Source of the DNA: Catajapyx aquilonaris
Taxonomy: Eukaryota
NCBI GenBank assembly: GCA_000934665.2
Contig: KZ538037.1
Location: 62,001 to 126,000, forward strand
Direction of reading: 5' to 3'
DNA length: 64,000 nt
The notes beneath the pieces are model-generated. The model searched no databases. It saw only the letters and a program-made list of their open reading frames with translations, and was not told the origin of the DNA. A program made the translations under genes and the position numbers. Shown here one piece after another: positions 62,891-64,000 of this stretch (the first letter of the stretch is position 1; every line of letters starts with the position of its first letter).

Positions 62891-64000
62891 CTGTTCATGC
62901 TGCAGATATTTTGTAGACTGAAAAATAATATGGAATAAATATATTGGGGTGGATATACGAAAGAAATCTTGTTTAGGGGTGTCCGGTTTATTGTGATAAT
63001 GGCACGTGCTTCACAGGTTGGAATTGATGTTGGCAACACCCATGGCAAGTGAATGTGAAGGCTACTAGGAGTCGTAAATGCGGTGTGGACCCTGATGGTT
63101 CATCGAAGAAGCAAAATATACCGTTTACGACCATTGAGCTTTAGTAACAAGTGACTATGAGCATTAGGATGGTTATGAATAATAATAATAATTCAGAAAG
63201 TAGCTGGACGCAATTCAATTAGCACAGATTCTATGAAATAAAAATCTGCTGGCTACTAGCCTAAAAGAAAAGTTCTAACTACCATTATGAGCACTTTGGT
63301 ACTAAACCATCGCTATTAAATATTGCAGAGGTTGCATATTTGAATTTAGTCCGTCTATATGGGTGATTGCCCTCTTTTTTTCTTAAGAAAAAAAAGGAGA
63401 GACGGATAAGTGCCTCCCATTGCCTACTATAACTCAGCAGCAGACATCCATCCTGCATTGCCAATACAAGGGGAGGGAGGGGGGAAAAAAAGAAAAGAAG
63501 AAACGGAAGAGATTGGCTTTCGGGAGAGGGGGAAGGATAAAATTTGGAAGTTGCTGACTTTCTGGCTTGGTTTCATCAGACTCCTGCTCCCATTCCACTT
63601 CCCCCAGCGACGCACTTGCAGCCGAATTCGGCATAATGAAATGACGTTCCCTTCAAAAGCTGAATGTTATTCCGTAGACTGCTGCTGTCGATCATCGTGG
63701 AAGCAGCTTCATTCGTTTTTATACAGCCTCCTATTTTTTTTCTTTGAAATGTCAAAAAAATGTTGAAACGACTTACTGTCTACGACGCACATACGTAGCC
63801 CACACGTGCTGTTTACATATGTGTTGAAACACACATTGCCATGCCAGCAGATAGAGTCATCTACCTTGCAATATTACGAAATCGATATATGGGTTCAAGC
63901 ATTATGCAGTGCAGGGATTTGGCAATGAAGCAGACGCTCCCACCTTCCTCTAGAAACGAAAGTAGTAAAAGAAGGAAGACGGGGGAGGCAGGGGTGTGGG

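Overview
Eukaryotic, very probably protostome/arthropod, non-coding DNA. I recognise no intact protein-coding gene, RNA gene or CRISPR array, and the listed ORFs look like chance ORFs, mostly across G/C runs or repeats. The window alternates AT-rich stretches full of decayed transposon fragments with GC-richer islands carrying poly-G/poly-C runs and transcription-factor-like motifs, as expected for a large intron or a regulatory gene desert. Well-supported features are: tRNA-derived SINEs, including a tandem dimer bracketed by three identical copies of one 14-bp target-site duplication; about ten short hairpin MITEs (Tc1/mariner-like with TA TSDs, one P/hAT-like with an 8-bp TSD, piggyBac-like and Harbinger-like); a fold-back element made of two inverted 3' ends of a Tc1/mariner transposase gene; and (TAA)n microsatellites. 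Weaker calls are three CpG-rich promoter-like islands (~27.0, ~53.4, ~62.8 kb), a candidate + strand exon at 6128-6207 and a decayed tandem-PHD-like coding relic at ~2.8-3.1 kb. A Hox-type regulatory landscape is a hypothesis only. I found no firm evidence of a novel multi-gene system.
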